From Octopus sinensis (lineage: Eukaryota), in the NCBI RefSeq assembly GCF_006345805.1, contig NC_042999.1, positions 69,254,001-69,318,000 of the forward strand: DNA of 64,000 bases. Direction: 5' to 3'. The position numbers and the translations under genes were made by a program. Positions 1 through 12,854 of this stretch are shown here, in pieces; within the stretch, counting starts at the first letter, position 1, and every line of letters begins with the position of its first letter. The notes beneath the pieces are model-generated. The model was not told the DNA's origin. It saw only the letters and a program-made list of their open reading frames with translations, and made no database searches.

Positions 1-320
1 ATGGAGGCAAAGTGGCTGAGTTCCTTTTGAGTGTTGGGCCTCATAGAGGCAATGACTGAGGCCTTCGGTATTATGTCGTGCTTGAGAAGACCCATCAAGC
101 TGAGTAAAATTGCATTCATGGTAGATACCAGTGTTATGCAAATTGTTACCCATGGTGGTGGCAAGTAAATGCACCCCAGTGTTATACAAATAGCCCCCAT
201 GCCGGTGGCACGTAAAAGCACCCACTACACTCTCGGAGTGGTTGGCATTAGGAAAGGCATCCAGCTGTAGAAAACCATGCCAAATCAGCATGGACAAGAG
301 ACATTAAATGATGATGATGA
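1..320 (+). mobile_element. SINE-like family C ((GAT)n tail; ggaagggcatccagctgtagaaa core)
   Basis: Shares its core and tail with about 12 copies, e.g. 5575-6020, 6324-6420, 13065-13240, 13383-13680, 21260-21500, 46235-46470, 50298-50338. Confidence 0.8.
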
Positions 321-682
321 TATATATATATATGTATATATATGTATGTATATACTGTTGTATCTGGGGAGAGTCATTTTCTTTTTGTGCCTTATTATTT
401 AACACACACATCGGTAAAATTTCCACTTTTTTCTTATTTTTATTGTCCTAAAATTTTCGTTGCATCTTGCAACCTTTTCAATAGTTGAGTGCGTTAAATA
501 ATAAGGCACAAAAAGAAAATGACTCTCCCCAGACACAACAGAATATGCTTCAACACACGAACTCATATAAAGAATCTTGCAAACCAAATCCAAAAACGAA
601 ATATATGTATCTATATATATACACATACACATGTTTGCGCACATGCATGCACACACACAAACACACACACATACACACACAC

Positions 683-1195
683 ATGAGGTCTGATCAAAAA
701 GTATCAGGACTGGTACTGTAAGAAAACTACAACATATATCTATTCAGCATTGAATCTCTCTCAGAGCAGTCAGCTTCTGAAGTCACACATTTTACCCAGC
801 TTCATTTCCATTGATGGAAACATTCCTGGAACTCCCTTTTTGGCATTGGAAGCAACTGCCTTGTCGCATTCTCTTGGATTTCTTTGATGTCTTGAAATCT
901 CGTTCCTTTCAAGTTGGGTTTGATTTTTGGAAAGAGGAAAGGGTCATAAGCATAGCCCTTGTCGTCACTTGTTAGGACCATTTTCAAATTTTCCATCTTC
1001 CTTGACATAAAGAGATCCTGACCAGCTGAAACCCGGCCTTCTTTTTGAGATGACCACACTCTATACACTTCACTTCCAAGCTCTGCTACAAACAACAGAG
1101 GTGAGCAAGAATGTTACAACATGGTGTGCATGTGAGACAGAGTTCAAGATCACTCTGTGCCAAGTGGCTTCACTCTGCGTGCTTTACGTTTGTTA
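683..1195 (-). mobile_element. Internally deleted/truncated mariner relic
   Basis: TIR-like gaggtctgatcaaaaagtatc at 685; the ORF 802-1095 contains FLFPKIKPNLKGTRFQDIKEIQENATRQL...EFQECFHQWK, typical of a mariner C-terminus. Confidence 0.75.
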
Positions 1196-2257
1196 CCATA
1201 GTCGAGGGATTACAGTAGTTAATAAGAGATTATCAAATGGGGTGGGGTGGGTAATCATGTATAGTTTTATTGATCTTGTGGTAAAGCTTATATAAATATA
1301 TAGACACACACACACACTTATATATTATACACACATACACATATACATTACATACATATACACATACACACATATTCCAGTTTTAAAATTCTGGTTTCAA
1401 AAATGAAATTTAGTATTGTTCTTAAACATGTATTGATAGAAAGATAAAACATGGCAACACGCTAAACATGCCATTTGTTCAGGGATGTACAACCCGTTAT
1501 TCCTTCCCACTTACCCCATCTTCTTCTGCTTAATCCTATCCCTTTTTTCCTTCTTTTTCTTTGTTTCTTAGGTGAGATAGTCATGGGTGGGTTTTTCCCT
1601 GTATAAATATTGGCTGATATTATCATCTCAGGAATGAATATAAGCTTGTTTGATAACAATATTACGTTTATGAATTTGTGTTGCATGATTATTGATGTGA
1701 AGTTGTGTCTTGAAACAATTATTGATGTATTTCGAAATGGTCGTTTTTTTTTTCCTTTCCCAAATAAACTCGCACAACATATTCTTCACTCGTTTATTAC
1801 TTTTCTTAATCTAACTTCTGTCCAGAAATCTTTTATCACACATCTGTGATCTCCTCAGCGACACTTTCCGTCTTCGTGTGCAATCTTACTCAATGGTTTT
1901 TGATTTTAGGCAGAAGGGCAGCAGTTTTGAGGGAAGGGGTTACTTGATTACATTGACCTCAGTATATGACTGGTAGCTATATGTTATTGACCCTGAAAGC
2001 ATAAAAGACAAAACTGACTTTAACAGGTTTTGGACTCTAAATCTAAAAAACTGGAACAAATATTGTATGGTATATATTGATGATCTAAATGACCTGCCAC
2101 CATGCTTCCCCATCATAATCCTTTCTAATTTTTGCTCAAGGCCCTCAGCTGAGAGGTCCTTCTCTTGTGAGATTGCAGGTGCTGGGACACATAAAAATTC
2201 CCTCTGCTGGTGCCTTGTAAAATGCACCTGTCCTGGTGCTATGTATGAAACACCTAT

Positions 2258-3070
2258 ACTGGTGCCATGTAAAAAGGCACCTGTGCTGATGGCACGTGAA
2301 AAGCACCTGTGTTGGTGCCACGTATGAAATGCCTATGCTGATGCCATGTAAAAAGGCACCTGTACTGGTGCCATGTAAAAAGGCACCTGTGCTGATGGCA
2401 CGTGAAAAGTACCTGTGCTGATGTCATGCAAAAAGGCACCTGTGCTTGTGGCACGTGAAAAGCACCTGTGCTGGTGCCACATATGAAATGCCTATGCTGG
2501 TGCCATGTAAAAAGGCACCTGTGCTGGTGGCACATGAAAATCACCTGTGTTGGTGCCACGTATGAAATGCCTATGCTGATGCCATGTAAAAAGGCACCTG
2601 TACTGGTGGCACATGAAAAGCACCTGTGTTGGTGCCACGTATGAAATGCCTATGCTGGTGCCATGTAAAAAGGCACCTGTGCTGGTGGCACATGAAAAGC
2701 ACCTGTGTTGGTGTCACATATGAAACACCTGTGCTGGTGCCATGCAAAAAGGCACCTGTGCTGGTGCCGCATATGAAATGCCTATGCTGGTGCCATGTAA
2801 AAAGGCACCTGTGCTGGTGGCACATGAAAAGCACTTGTGCTGGTGCCACGTATGAAATGCCTATGCTGGTGCCATGTAAAAAGGCACCTGTGCTGGTGGC
2901 ATGTGAAAAGCACCTGTGCTGGTGCCACGTATGAAAGCCTATGCTGGTGTCATGCAAAAAGGCACCTGTGCTGGTGGCACATGAAAAGCACCTGTGCTGG
3001 TGGCACATGAAAAGCACCTGTGCTGGTTCCACGGGTGAAACACTTATACTGGTGCCATGTAAAAAAGCAC
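2258..3070 (+). repeat. Minisatellite: 26-27-bp subunits in a 79-bp higher-order repeat, expanded inside a family C element
   Basis: aaaaaggcacc recurs mostly at 79-bp spacing; the array runs into the family C core and (GAT)n tail at 3070-3320. Confidence 0.92.
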
Positions 3071-3321
3071 CCAGGCCACTCTGTAAAGTGGTTGGTGTTC
3101 AGGAGGGCATCCAGCCACGGAAACCATGCCAAAACAGATGAATGGAATCTTGTGTAGCCCTCCAGTTTGCCAGCTCATGTCAAACCATCCAACTCATGAC
3201 AGCATGGGAAATGGACATTAAATGATGATGATGATGACGATGATGATGTTGGTGCTGCTGCTGTTACTGATGATGACAATGACGATGACAATGATGATGA
3301 TGATGGTACTGATGATGATGA

Positions 3322-4100
3322 TAAAGGGGACAAGTTAATTACATCAGTACTTGGCTGGGTCTTCATTTTGTTCACCCCAAAGGGATGAAAAGTGAAGTAG
3401 ACCTTCACAGAATTTGAATTCCAAATGTAAAGTGTCAGAAGAAATGCTATGGAGCATTTCATCCATCACACTAACGATTCTGCCAGCTCACTGCCTTAAT
3501 AATAATAATAATAATAATAATAGTAATAATAATAATAATAATCCTTTCTACTATAGGTACAAGACCTGAAGTTTCGGTGAAGATGAGGGTTAGTTCATTA
3601 CATCTCCCCCACACCCACACATAATGGACTTCTTTCAGTTTCCTTCTACCAAATCCACTCACAATGCTTTGGTCAAGCCAAGGTTATAACAGAAGACACC
3701 CAAGGTGCCATGTAGTGGAACTGAACCCAGAGTCATGTGGTTGGAAAGCAAACTTATTAATACAGCCATCCCTGCAACTAATAATAATAATAATAATAAA
3801 ATTAATAATTCTTTCTACTCTAGGCACAAATCTGAAATTTGGCGGAAAGGGATAGTTGATTAGATTGACCCCAGTACGCAATTGGTACTTAATTTATCAA
3901 CCCTGAAAGGATGAAAGGCAAAGTCGACCTTGGCAGAATTTGAACTCGGAACATAGCGGTAAACGAAATACCACTCAGCATTTCACCCAGCCTGCTAACG
4001 ATTCTGCCAGCTTACTGTTATTATTATTATTATTATTATTATCATTATTATTATTATTATAATAATAATAATAATAATAATGATAATAATAATAATAATA

Positions 4101-4140
<40 letters not shown>

Positions 4141-4341
4141 TAATAACTGTTTAAAATTTTTGCCACATGGGCAGCTTAGGAGAGATGACCCCAGTGCTGA
4201 ACTGGTACTTAATTTATTAACCCCGTAAAGATGAAAGGCAAAGTCAACCTCAGCAGAAATTGAACTCAGAACATAGCAACAAACGAAATACCACTAAGCA
4301 TTTCACCCGATGTGCTAATGATTCTGCCAGCTCATCGCCTT
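3322..4341 (-). mobile_element. Cluster of three co-oriented SINE B copies separated by (AAT)n, with a SINE A fragment
   Basis: Copies at about 3322-3497, 3810-4015 and 4165-4341. Confidence 0.8.
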
Positions 4342-4370
4342 AATAATAAAAATACTACTAATAATAATCA

Positions 4371-4517
4371 TACATTATTTACATTGTTTACATTATTTAT
4401 GGATATTTGTCCTCATCTTGTTTGTAGTTAACACAACATTTCGGCTGATAAACCTTCCATCCTTCATCAGGTGTCTTGGGGAAATTTCGAACCTAAAGTA
4501 TTTTTCAATGTTGTTGT

Positions 4518-4549
<32 letters not shown>

Positions 4550-4559
4550 CTGTTGCTGT

Positions 4560-4591
<32 letters not shown>

Positions 4592-4676
4592 TTGTTGCAG
4601 TGGTGGTGGTTAACAGCGCAGGCTACTAACCCCAAGATTCTGAGTTCGATTCCAGGCAATAACCTGAATAATAATA

Positions 4677-4749
<73 letters not shown>

Positions 4750-4956
4750 CAACAACAACGACAACAACAACAACAACAAACTTTGAAAGATACCTTAGGA
4801 ATGAGAACCCAGGTTCGAAATTTCCCCAAGACACCTGATGAAGGCTGGAGAGTATATCAACCAAAATGTTGTGTTAACAATAAACAAGATGAGGACAAAT
4901 ATCCGTCAATTGTAAATAATGTACATAGTTCCTCATCTCTTAAGTATAGAACTGTA
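4371..4956 (+). mobile_element. tRNA-headed fold-back element with hammerhead-like tail, copy 1
   Basis: Inverted tail 4371-4510, (GTT/GCT)n, plus-strand tRNA-like head about 4597-4670 (B box gagttcgattcc), (AAT)n, tail 4782-4956. Confidence 0.85.
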
Positions 4957-5016
4957 ATAATAATGATAATGTAGAGAAACTTAGAAATTCATTTAGCAGT
5001 AGAGTAAGATCTTAAT

Positions 5017-5229
5017 CTTTTCTACTCTTGGCATAAGGCCCAAAATTTTGGGGGAGGGGGCCAGTCAATCAGATCGACTCCAGAAAGCAACTGGTATTTA
5101 ATTTATCGACTCCGAAAGGATGAAAGGCAAAATCAGCCTTGGCGGAATTTGAACTCAGAATGTAAAGACAGATGAAATACCACTAAGCATTTTGCCCGGT
5201 GTGCTAACATTTCTGCCAGGTCACCGCCT
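5017..5229 (-). mobile_element. SINE family B (ggcggcgagctggcagaa head) with 17-bp target-site duplication
   Basis: TSD tagagtaagatcttaat at 5000-5016 and 5230-5246. Other copies at about 15144-15320, 18905-19105, 20640-20765, 28325-28550, 39605-39780, 47055-47270, 49265-49410, 63920-64000. Confidence 0.9.
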
Positions 5230-7182
5230 TAGAGTAAGATCTTAATGACAGTGGAATGAAATGTGGCTGTCTGCAGAAATGAACTATTTGTCATAGGAAG
5301 TATCAGCTGCTAAAATCCAATCAAATATTGAACAGATTAAAAATCACTAATTATAGTTACTGACAAGATAATTATCTTGCTCGTATGCATTCTACAAAAA
5401 AAAAAAATCAATGCAACATCTCTGGGGTTTTTAGTTATTATTCTAATTAGATGTCATAATTTCCAGTTATTATTTTGGCAAATTTCTTCAATTTATAGCT
5501 TAAAGAGTAAAAAACAACAAAAAATCTAATGTCTATTACAAATAATGATTTTTTTTTTTGATTATTGGTATCATGTTAAAAGTACTGGTGTCACATAGAA
5601 AGCACTAGTGCCATATAGAAAACATTGGTGTCACATAGAAAGCACTGGTGCCACATAAAAAGTGCTGGTGTCACATAAAAGGTGCTGGTGCCATGTGAAA
5701 AACACTGGTGCTTCTGCTATGTAAAAAGCACTGGTGGTGGTGTCACAAAAATCAATGGTGCTGGTGTCACGTAAAATGTACTGTTGCTGGTACCACATAG
5801 GAAGCACCAGTGCCAGTGACACATGAGAAGCACCCAGTACACTCCATAAAGTGGTTGTCATTAGGAAGGGCATCCGGCAGTAGAAACTGTGCCAAAACAG
5901 ACAATGGAACCAGGTGTAGGGCCTTGCTTTGCCGGCTCCTTGTCAAACCATCCAACTCATGCCAGCATGGAAAACAGATGTTAAATGATGATAATGATGA
6001 CGACAACGACGACGATGATTGTAATTTGTGGACAGAAATGTTTTAGGTTTCTATTAAGTCAGCCATTGGTTTACTGCTTTTCTTATGGTGACATTAACTT
6101 GTAGAGGATGGCGTGTCTGGCGACACTCAGAAACTTATGTTGCTTCTTCGTAGGCAATCATCAATTCCCAAAGAGAGATGCAATGTTTTATGAGATTCTT
6201 TTCTGTGATAGAACTTTCGCATATGTGTGTGCGTTTGTGTATGTGTGTGTTTGTGTGTATGTGAGATTGCGTGTGTGTGTGTGAGAATGTGCAATCCTTT
6301 AGTTGTCAAAAGAAGTCACCATCATCATTAAACATCCGTTTTCCATGCTGGCATGGGTTGGACGGTTTGACCGGGACTGCCGAGGTCAGGAGCCACAGCA
6401 AGTTCCATTTTTTGATTTGACTAGCACTATAACCCGGTGTTGCCAGGTCATAGTGAAGCCTTCTTAGTTGTTTGAGTGTTTCGTTAGATTCCAGCCTGTT
6501 GCAGTGTCTGTTGTGCTAAACTCATGTCTATAACAGTGACACATTTCCTGTTGTATGTCAAGGTAGTTGTTCAATGTCCAGGAGAGGTTTGCCATGAGAT
6601 CTGCTGTGCGTAGATTTGGTTAAAAACTGAATTGTCTTGTAGACATAAATTAGTTCCTGGATTATTGATTTTAATACTTTGAGGTTGATGCTGAGTAGTG
6701 ATTGTAATACAAGTCACCCATGAATAATTTTATGGTAAATCATGACCTGAAGAATTTTCTGAAAAACACTGGCATCAAACGAATGTAAATTTGGAAACAT
6801 AGTCAAAGAGTTTCCTTTTTACTGTGGAATTTACTACAAAAAAAGTGAAGAGGTTTCTTAACTTTCACTTCATGTGTCCATAAAGTTTGGCTGCAAGAAG
6901 TGGCTTAGTTCTTTAACTTTCTTGAAATGACAATTCCTTAAATTTATAATGGTGTAACCTCTTGGTATTAGAAATGTGAAACAGAAGATGAATTAGAAAA
7001 TTACTATTTTTAAATCTCACAATGAGAGATATACAGCAACAGTACTTTGGAGTAAAGATTTTTGCCAACATAACATGGCAGTCCTGGTTTAGGATGAATG
7101 TTGCTGTAATTGAGCCCCAGGAGACATTGTCTCCAGTTGGTTATACGACACAATCTGTATCCTTATATTTTCAAACAAGGGA

Positions 7183-7228
7183 ATCTAGCTGATGAAGGGA
7201 AATAACCTGGAAATCGCGATACACAGAT
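7183..7228 (+). ncRNA. Degenerate hammerhead-like motif with ATCGCGAT palindromic stem III
   Basis: atctag-CTGATGA-agggaaataacctg-GAAA-tcgcga-TA-cacagat; core present, stems I and II imperfect. Confidence 0.45.
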
Positions 7229-7456
7229 ATTGTTTTGTGCTGATTTGATGGGGTTCTTTCAGTTTCCATCTACCATATCCACTCACAAGGCTTTGGTCAG
7301 CCTGAGGCTATAGTAGAAGACAGTTGCCCAAGGTTCTACGCAGTGGAACTGAATCCAGGACTATGTAGTTGGTATAAGCAAGCTACTTACCACACAGCCA
7401 CTCTTGCTCCTACTGTTAATATCAAGTAAATGATTGCAGCTAGAAAAAAAATCATA

Positions 7457-7498
7457 GACTGTTACTCAGAGTTTCATGTGGTCCTTCATCAGACAATT
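7457..7498 (-). ncRNA. Minimal hammerhead motif, same family as 30508-30553
   Basis: aattgt-CTGATGA-aggaccacat-GAAA-ctctgag-TA-acagtc; core intact, stem II degraded. Confidence 0.65.
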
Positions 7499-8027
7499 AG
7501 GGTTATCACAACTTTTTACTTTTTCGACACAAAAATTTGTTTTTATCAACAATATTTATACAGGAAAAAAATAGAAAACAACCATTGAAAGTATAAAAGA
7601 TCAAATTATCAAAAGAAAAACACCCACCCATGACCATCTCACCAAGGAAACAAAGAAAATGAAGGAAAAAGGGAGTAGAATTAAGTAGCAGAAGATGGAG
7701 TAGGTGGGGGGAATAACGGGTTGTACATCCCTGAACAAATGGCATGTTTAGCTTTGTCTTAAAGGAATGATTGCAAAGGCATTGCCATATTTTATCTTTC
7801 TATCAATACATGTTTAAGAACAAAACTAAATTTCATTTTTGAAACCAGATTTTTTGGAACTGGAATATGTGTGTGTATGTATATGTATGTGACGTATATG
7901 TGTATGTGTGTATAATATGTAACTGTGTGTGTGTCTATATATTTATATAAGCTTTACCACAAGATCAATAAAACTACACATGATTACCCACCCCTCCCCA
8001 CCCCATTAGATAATCTCTTATTAACTA

Positions 8028-8316
8028 CCATAATCCCTCGACTATTGCGGGTGTTACATTCCAAAACCTCCCACAGAAATAATTAAAATCTAAAAAGAAA
8101 AATATAAATACTTATCGCCTGAAGAAACCCGCGACATACTGAGGAGATCGCGATATAAAATTATGGCTGTGTGGTGAGTAGCTTGCTTACCAACCACATG
8201 GTTCCAGGTTCAGTCCCACTGTGTGGCACCTTGGGCAAGTGTCTTCTACTATAGCTTCAGGCTGCCCAAAGCCTTGTGAGTGGATTTGGTAGATGGAAAC
8301 TGAAAGAAGCCCATCG

Positions 8317-8355
<39 letters not shown>

Positions 8356-8631
8356 ATGTTTGTGCATCTGTATTTGTCCCCCAACATCACTTGACAACCA
8401 ATGCTGGTGTGTTTACATCCCCATCACTTAGCAGTTTGGTAAGAGACACTGATAGAATAAGTACTAGGCTTACAAAGAATAAGTCCTGGGGTCGATTTGT
8501 TTAATTAAAGGCAGTGCTCCAGCATGGCTGCAGTCAAATGGCTGAAGCAAATAAAAGAATTTATTATCCAGAAAAATCCGCGATGTACTGAGTATGTGAT
8601 AGGTGAACCATGGTATGGCGAGGGATTACTG
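8028..8631. mobile_element. Tigger/pogo-like MITE interrupted by a SINE
   Basis: Ends (ta)ccataatccctcgactattgcg and cgagggattactg(ta); a SINE occupies 8165-8560. Confidence 0.65.
8165..8560 (+). mobile_element. SINE family A (tRNA-derived head, ggcaccttgggcaagtgtcttctactatag core, internal TA/CA tract), full copy
   Basis: More than 20 similar full or half copies in the window, e.g. 7248-7410, 13775-13935, 17400-17510, 19130-19300, 21640-21850, 28868-29025, 46480-46615, 48770-48915, 50940-51075, 63000-63210. Confidence 0.9.
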
Positions 8632-8787
8632 TATTATCATATTTATCCTTTAGATTATTAACCATTGCATTAATTTTCTAATCTCCTTAACCTTATTCTT
8701 AATTTCATTTTACCTTAATTCAGATCAACATCAGTTTAGACTGTTTAATCATTTATTACTATTAATACTAAACCTGACACATTTCAA

Positions 8788-9125
8788 ATATGGCAAGTAG
8801 CTGTGTGCTAAGAAGTTTACTTCCTTACCACATGGTTTCAGGTTCAATCCTATTGTGTGGCACCTTGTGCAAGTGTCTTCTACTACAGCCTTGGGCCAAG
8901 CAAAGCCTTGTGAATGGATCTGGTAGAAGAAAACTGAAAGAGTATATATGTGTGTGTGTGTGTTTGTGTGTCTGTATTTATCTGTGACTTAGTGGTTTGT
9001 AAAAAGGAACTGATAGAATAAGTACCAAGCTTGAAAAATAATAAGCACTGGTGTCAATTTGTTTGACTAAAATTCCTCAAGCTGGTGGTGCCCCAGTATG
9101 ACCACAGACTGAAGCAACTAAAAAG
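8788..9125 (+). mobile_element. SINE family A copy
   Basis: Same head, core and tail as 8165-8560. Confidence 0.85.
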
Positions 9126-9156
9126 AAAAAAACCCAGCACATTAATAGTATTGATG

Positions 9157-10382
9157 TATCGGGTTGTTAAGAATGAAATGTCCAATCTTCTTATACACCA
9201 AGTTTGACAGTCATTAACTCTAATCTTTTATCCTGACAATTCTTTCTTTTACAACATTTAAGAGTTACATCATCGCTTTTCGAAATGCAATTCATGGTGT
9301 CCAATTATATTGTGAGTTTTCTCTTGTAAATCAGTTTTTGTGAACCCATAGAGAGATAAAAAATTCATGTTGTTTATGAATATAAATTCTGTCATGGAAC
9401 CAATGCAACCAGCTTGAAACATGAATGAACTGTTTGAAGATGTGGCAAATGAGCCCACTGTATGTCGATGGTTTGAGAAGTTCCTGTCTGGTGACTTTAC
9501 TCTTGAAAATCAGCCCCGTCATAGACCTGAGACCAAGGTGGATAATGATGAGCTGGAAACTGTAGTGGATTTTAATTCCAACTGTATTGGACCATCTGAA
9601 GCAAATTGGCAAGGTAAAGAAGCTGGATGAGTAAGTATCACAAACTGAATGAGCATCAAATGACACGTCGTCTTGAAATTTGCTGTTCTTTGCTGTCGCG
9701 GCATAAAAGCGAACTATTTTTGCATCATATTGTTATGTGTGATGAAAAATGGATTCTTTTCTGCAATACAAAGTGTTTTGCATGGTGGTTGGATAGAGAC
9801 AAAGTGCCAAAACAATCCCCAAAAAAAAATTCACCAAAAAAAGCTAATGGTATATGTTTGGTGGTCCAGTGAGGGTATCATCCACTACAGCTTCATGAAA
9901 CCTGGTTAGTCAATTACAGCGAATTTATACATAAACTAATTGGATGAAATGATGAGCGAACTTGCAATTAAACAACCAAGATTGCTCAATAGAGACAGGC
10001 CAATTCTCTTGCAAGACAATGCTTGACCACATGTTGCACAAAGAACGCTACTCAAGTTACAGGAACTGAACTTGGAAGTATTCTGTCATCCACTATATTT
10101 ACCAGACCTTGCACCAACTGACTATCATGTTTTCCAGGCATTAGACAACTTTTTGCAAGAAACAGCTTCAAATCTGAAGATGCAAAAACAGCTTTTCGTG
10201 ATTTCATCACCTCTTACTCTCCGGAATTCTTCGCTGCCAGCATAAATAAGCTGCCAATAAAATGGCAAAATTGTTTTGATAATTTAGGTGCATACTTTGA
10301 TTAGCTGCATTGCTTTTTGTTGAGATAAAGTAAAATAAACTTACAGTTCAAAATTGGACATTTCATTTTTAATGACCTGATA
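9157..10382 (+). mobile_element. Full-length degraded mariner transposon
   Basis: TIR pair tatcgggttgttaagaatgaaatgtcc / ggacatttcatttttaatgacctgata with TA ends. Frameshifted transposase fragments: RWFEKFLSGDFTLENQPR, MCDEKWI, LMVYVWWS, LQDNA, PDLAPTDY. Confidence 0.88.
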
Positions 10383-10600
10383 GATATAACAACTCACTCT
10401 AACACCACAAAACTTTACTCAAAAGATTATCTCCATCTTTTACTCAATCTAAATCCCTACATTTTTTATTCTATACACAAAATCTAAAAATATTTGTATT
10501 TGTGTCACAAAACCAAAAAAGCACCCAGTACTTTCTGTAGTGGTTGCCATTAGGAAGGGCATCCTGTCAATAGAAGCAATGCCAGAAGTAGACATTGAAG

Positions 10601-11868
10601 TATTGGTCATCTCATAAATAATGATGCTTTTTTTATACTTCTTTTATTTTTCACAATTAAGATAAACAAACTTCTTTTTTAATCTAAAATATACTCTCTT
10701 TCATTTTCTACAATGTTCTTCCATCAATCTGGTAGATTTGCACAGCCCCTCTTCCAAAATTCACTCATCCATGATGAAAAATACTCCTTCAGTACTGTCC
10801 TGACCTCATCTACAGAATTCATATTTCTTCCGTCAAAATGATTTTGAAGACTGTGGAATAAATGATAATCAGATTGGGCAATATCCAACAAATATGGTGG
10901 GTGGGGCATCGTTTCCCATTCAAACTGCCCTAGCCTTTGGAATGTCATCATCACTGTATGTGGCCGAGCATTATCCTGATGGAAGAACACCTTTCATTTT
11001 GAAACCAAAGATGGTCATTTTTCTTCCAGCGCTGACTTAAGCCGCTCAAGCTGCTTGCAGTAGATCTCCTGTTATTGTTTGGTTTGGGTTTAAAAATTCA
11101 AAGTGGACTTAGCCTTTCATATTCCACCAAACAGATAACAACACCTTATTAGGGTGTAGATCTTTAGCCTGGAGTGCTGGTGTTTCTCCTTTCCCTACCC
11201 ACTGTTTTCAGTGATTGACATTTTTATAGAGAACCTGTTTCTTGTCACCAGTCACTATTCAGTCCAAAAAGGGTTCTTTCAGGAAATGTAACAGCAAAGA
11301 AGAGCACACATCCACTCTCTGCATACGATTAGATTTGTAAAGTTTGTGAGGAACCCATTGACCCAATTTGCTGGCTTTTCTGATGACATACACTTGTCAA
11401 TGAATGATTAAATGACCAAATCCAAGCTCCTGTGCTAGTTCCTCAACTGTTATGATGGGATTTTGTTCCACCAGGGTTTGTAGGATATCTTCGTCGAGCT
11501 CTACAGATCTTCCAGGATGAGGCTCATCTTCTAGGCTGTAGTTTCCAGCTCAGAATTTCTGGAACCACCGTTGATACTGGCTTGCGCTTATTGTCCGATC
11601 CCCATATACTGATTAATATTTCTCACACTTTTTGTTGTGTTGTTGCCTTTATTAAACTCATAAAGCAAAATATGCTGAATATGCCACTTCCTCACTTCCA
11701 TTATAGCTTTGAAAAAATCACTGTCAAAATTGAATGACACACTTCAAAACTTGCACTGAGAATAAGTACAAGTTATAGCAAGTCGATGCAGGTAGTTTAT
11801 CCCATCCCCCTCCGACTTTTAGTTCATGCAATTGAAAAAAACTACATCATTTATGGGATGATCCAATA
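10601..11868 (-). mobile_element. Full-length degraded mariner transposon
   Basis: TIR pair tattggtcatctcataaat / atttatgggatgatccaata. The transposase C-terminus HQDNARPH...HPPYLLDIAQSDYHLFHSLQN is at 10724-10990. Confidence 0.88.
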
Positions 11869-12854
11869 TAATGAGGTGCTCCATCTTGTCAGATCATGTA
11901 AAATCATCAAACGCATGTCAGCATGAATGTTAAACTTCCTAACCCCTACACTTTGCCTGCATCATATATAATGAAGGCACGTGGCCTAGTGGTTAGGGTG
12001 TTGCACTCACGATCGCTAGACCACAGGTTTAATTCCTGGACTAATTAGTTGTGTTCTGGAGCAAAGCACTTCATTTTATGTGGCTCCAGTCCACTTAGCT
12101 GTAAATGGATACACCCTACAATGGACTGACTGGGGGAATGTTGGCCTGCTGAGTGACATCATTCGAAAGCTTAAAACAATGATGCAAAGTGCATTCTGAC
12201 TAGTGATGTGTAACAACATTTGATGGTGTGGTCAATCAAGCAATATAATATGCATACATATATATGTACATATTCATACACATGCACACACACATATATG
12301 CATGTACATATACACATATGAAATATTTTATGTACAAATGGCATGTATTAGAAGTATTTAATGTAAATAGCCTGCAGTATATATCTTTCTATTCTTTCTA
12401 CATACAAAAAAAAGGGGAGATCACTTTGACATGTTTCATGGCTAGTTGACCACTCTTCAGAAGCACCCTTCACTCTTCTCTCCACAAAGCCAACTTGATA
12501 GCAGTCACTATTTAAATCAGATATAAACCTGGATCCAGGTAGAATAATGAGACTAATTTGCATATATTGTGGATTAGTTGCCAGCATGAGTAACTGCTTC
12601 TCTAAATATTTCAGGCAAAAACAGCATGTATTATTAAATAAGGAAAATTTGATGTAATTATCCTACTGTGAGTAACACTTATGCTGTGGGAAGTAAGCAA
12701 ATGTCAATACATCTTATTCTCCTCACATTTGCTTCTTTTTCTCCTCACTGCAAGCCTTATAATCTGCAACTTATATTGAATTTATCTAATATATACTGAA
12801 ATATGTTATGGATGTATATCAGAAGCACTTGATATTTCTAGTATATGCTATGGT

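Noticed and set aside
2258-3070. CRISPR-like array of short hairpin repeats, and Cys/His/Trp-rich ORFs across it
   Set aside because: No unique spacers, no cas genes and a eukaryotic context. It is a tandem expansion of a SINE-internal motif, and the ORFs are translations of the repeat.
4393-4864. Poly-I/L/Y/N ORFs that resemble membrane proteins
   Set aside because: Produced by (AAT)n/(GTT)n tracts inside the fold-back element.
6104-6192. Possible plus-strand terminal exon (EDGVSGDTQKLMLLLRRQSS...)
   Set aside because: An acceptor-like ttgtag precedes it, but there is no recognisable homology and no partner exons.
6420-6450. Helitron-like 5' terminus (ctagcactataacccgg)
   Set aside because: No matching 3' hairpin/CTAG end or Rep/helicase remnants found.
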